Source: Felis catus (Eukaryota). From it: 64,000 bases of DNA. The DNA lies in assembly GCF_018350175.1 (NCBI RefSeq), contig NC_058368.1, positions 5,084,001 through 5,148,000 of the forward strand, given 5' to 3'. The position numbers and the translations under genes were made by a program. The notes beneath the pieces are model-generated. The model was not told where the DNA came from and made no database searches. It saw nothing but the letters and a program-made list of their open reading frames with translations. Positions within the stretch are counted from its first letter, which is position 1; each line of letters begins with the position of its first letter. Shown here piece after piece: positions 63,979 to 64,000 of this stretch.

Positions 63979-64000
63979 CAAATTTACCTTCCTACTGTCA

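Noticed and set aside
49000..64000. A possible second gene; human synteny, from memory, places ATP8A2 downstream and MTMR6 upstream
   Set aside because: I saw no recognisable exon or second CpG island. The ORFs here are repeat-derived or uninformative.

Overview
Mammalian genomic DNA from a felid, judged by about 40 tRNA-derived Can-SINEs of the SINEC_Fc type. The window holds one complete protein-coding gene on the + strand: NUP58 (NUPL1, nucleoporin p58/p45). It has a CpG-island promoter (about 8.6-9.9 kb), 16 exons from ATG 9351 to TAA 47012, and a 3' UTR ending near 48.99 kb. All introns are GT-AG and the phases give a 586-aa protein when the 36-nt exon 3 is skipped. The most striking observation is that exon 3 ends in T where the human protein (recalled from memory) implies G, so including it builds a TGA stop across the exon 3/4 junction, like a poison micro-exon. 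The p45-type readthrough of exon 13 (GLNAFKL*) runs into a 5.4-kb SINE-free intron with tandem poly(A) signals and a 24-bp hairpin. The rest is interspersed repeat (SINEC, L1, L2, MIR, Tigger2, Charlie/MER33) and microsatellites. I found no prokaryotic-type system such as CRISPR or operons, and most entries in the ORF track are artefacts. Repeat boundaries were read by eye and are approximate.
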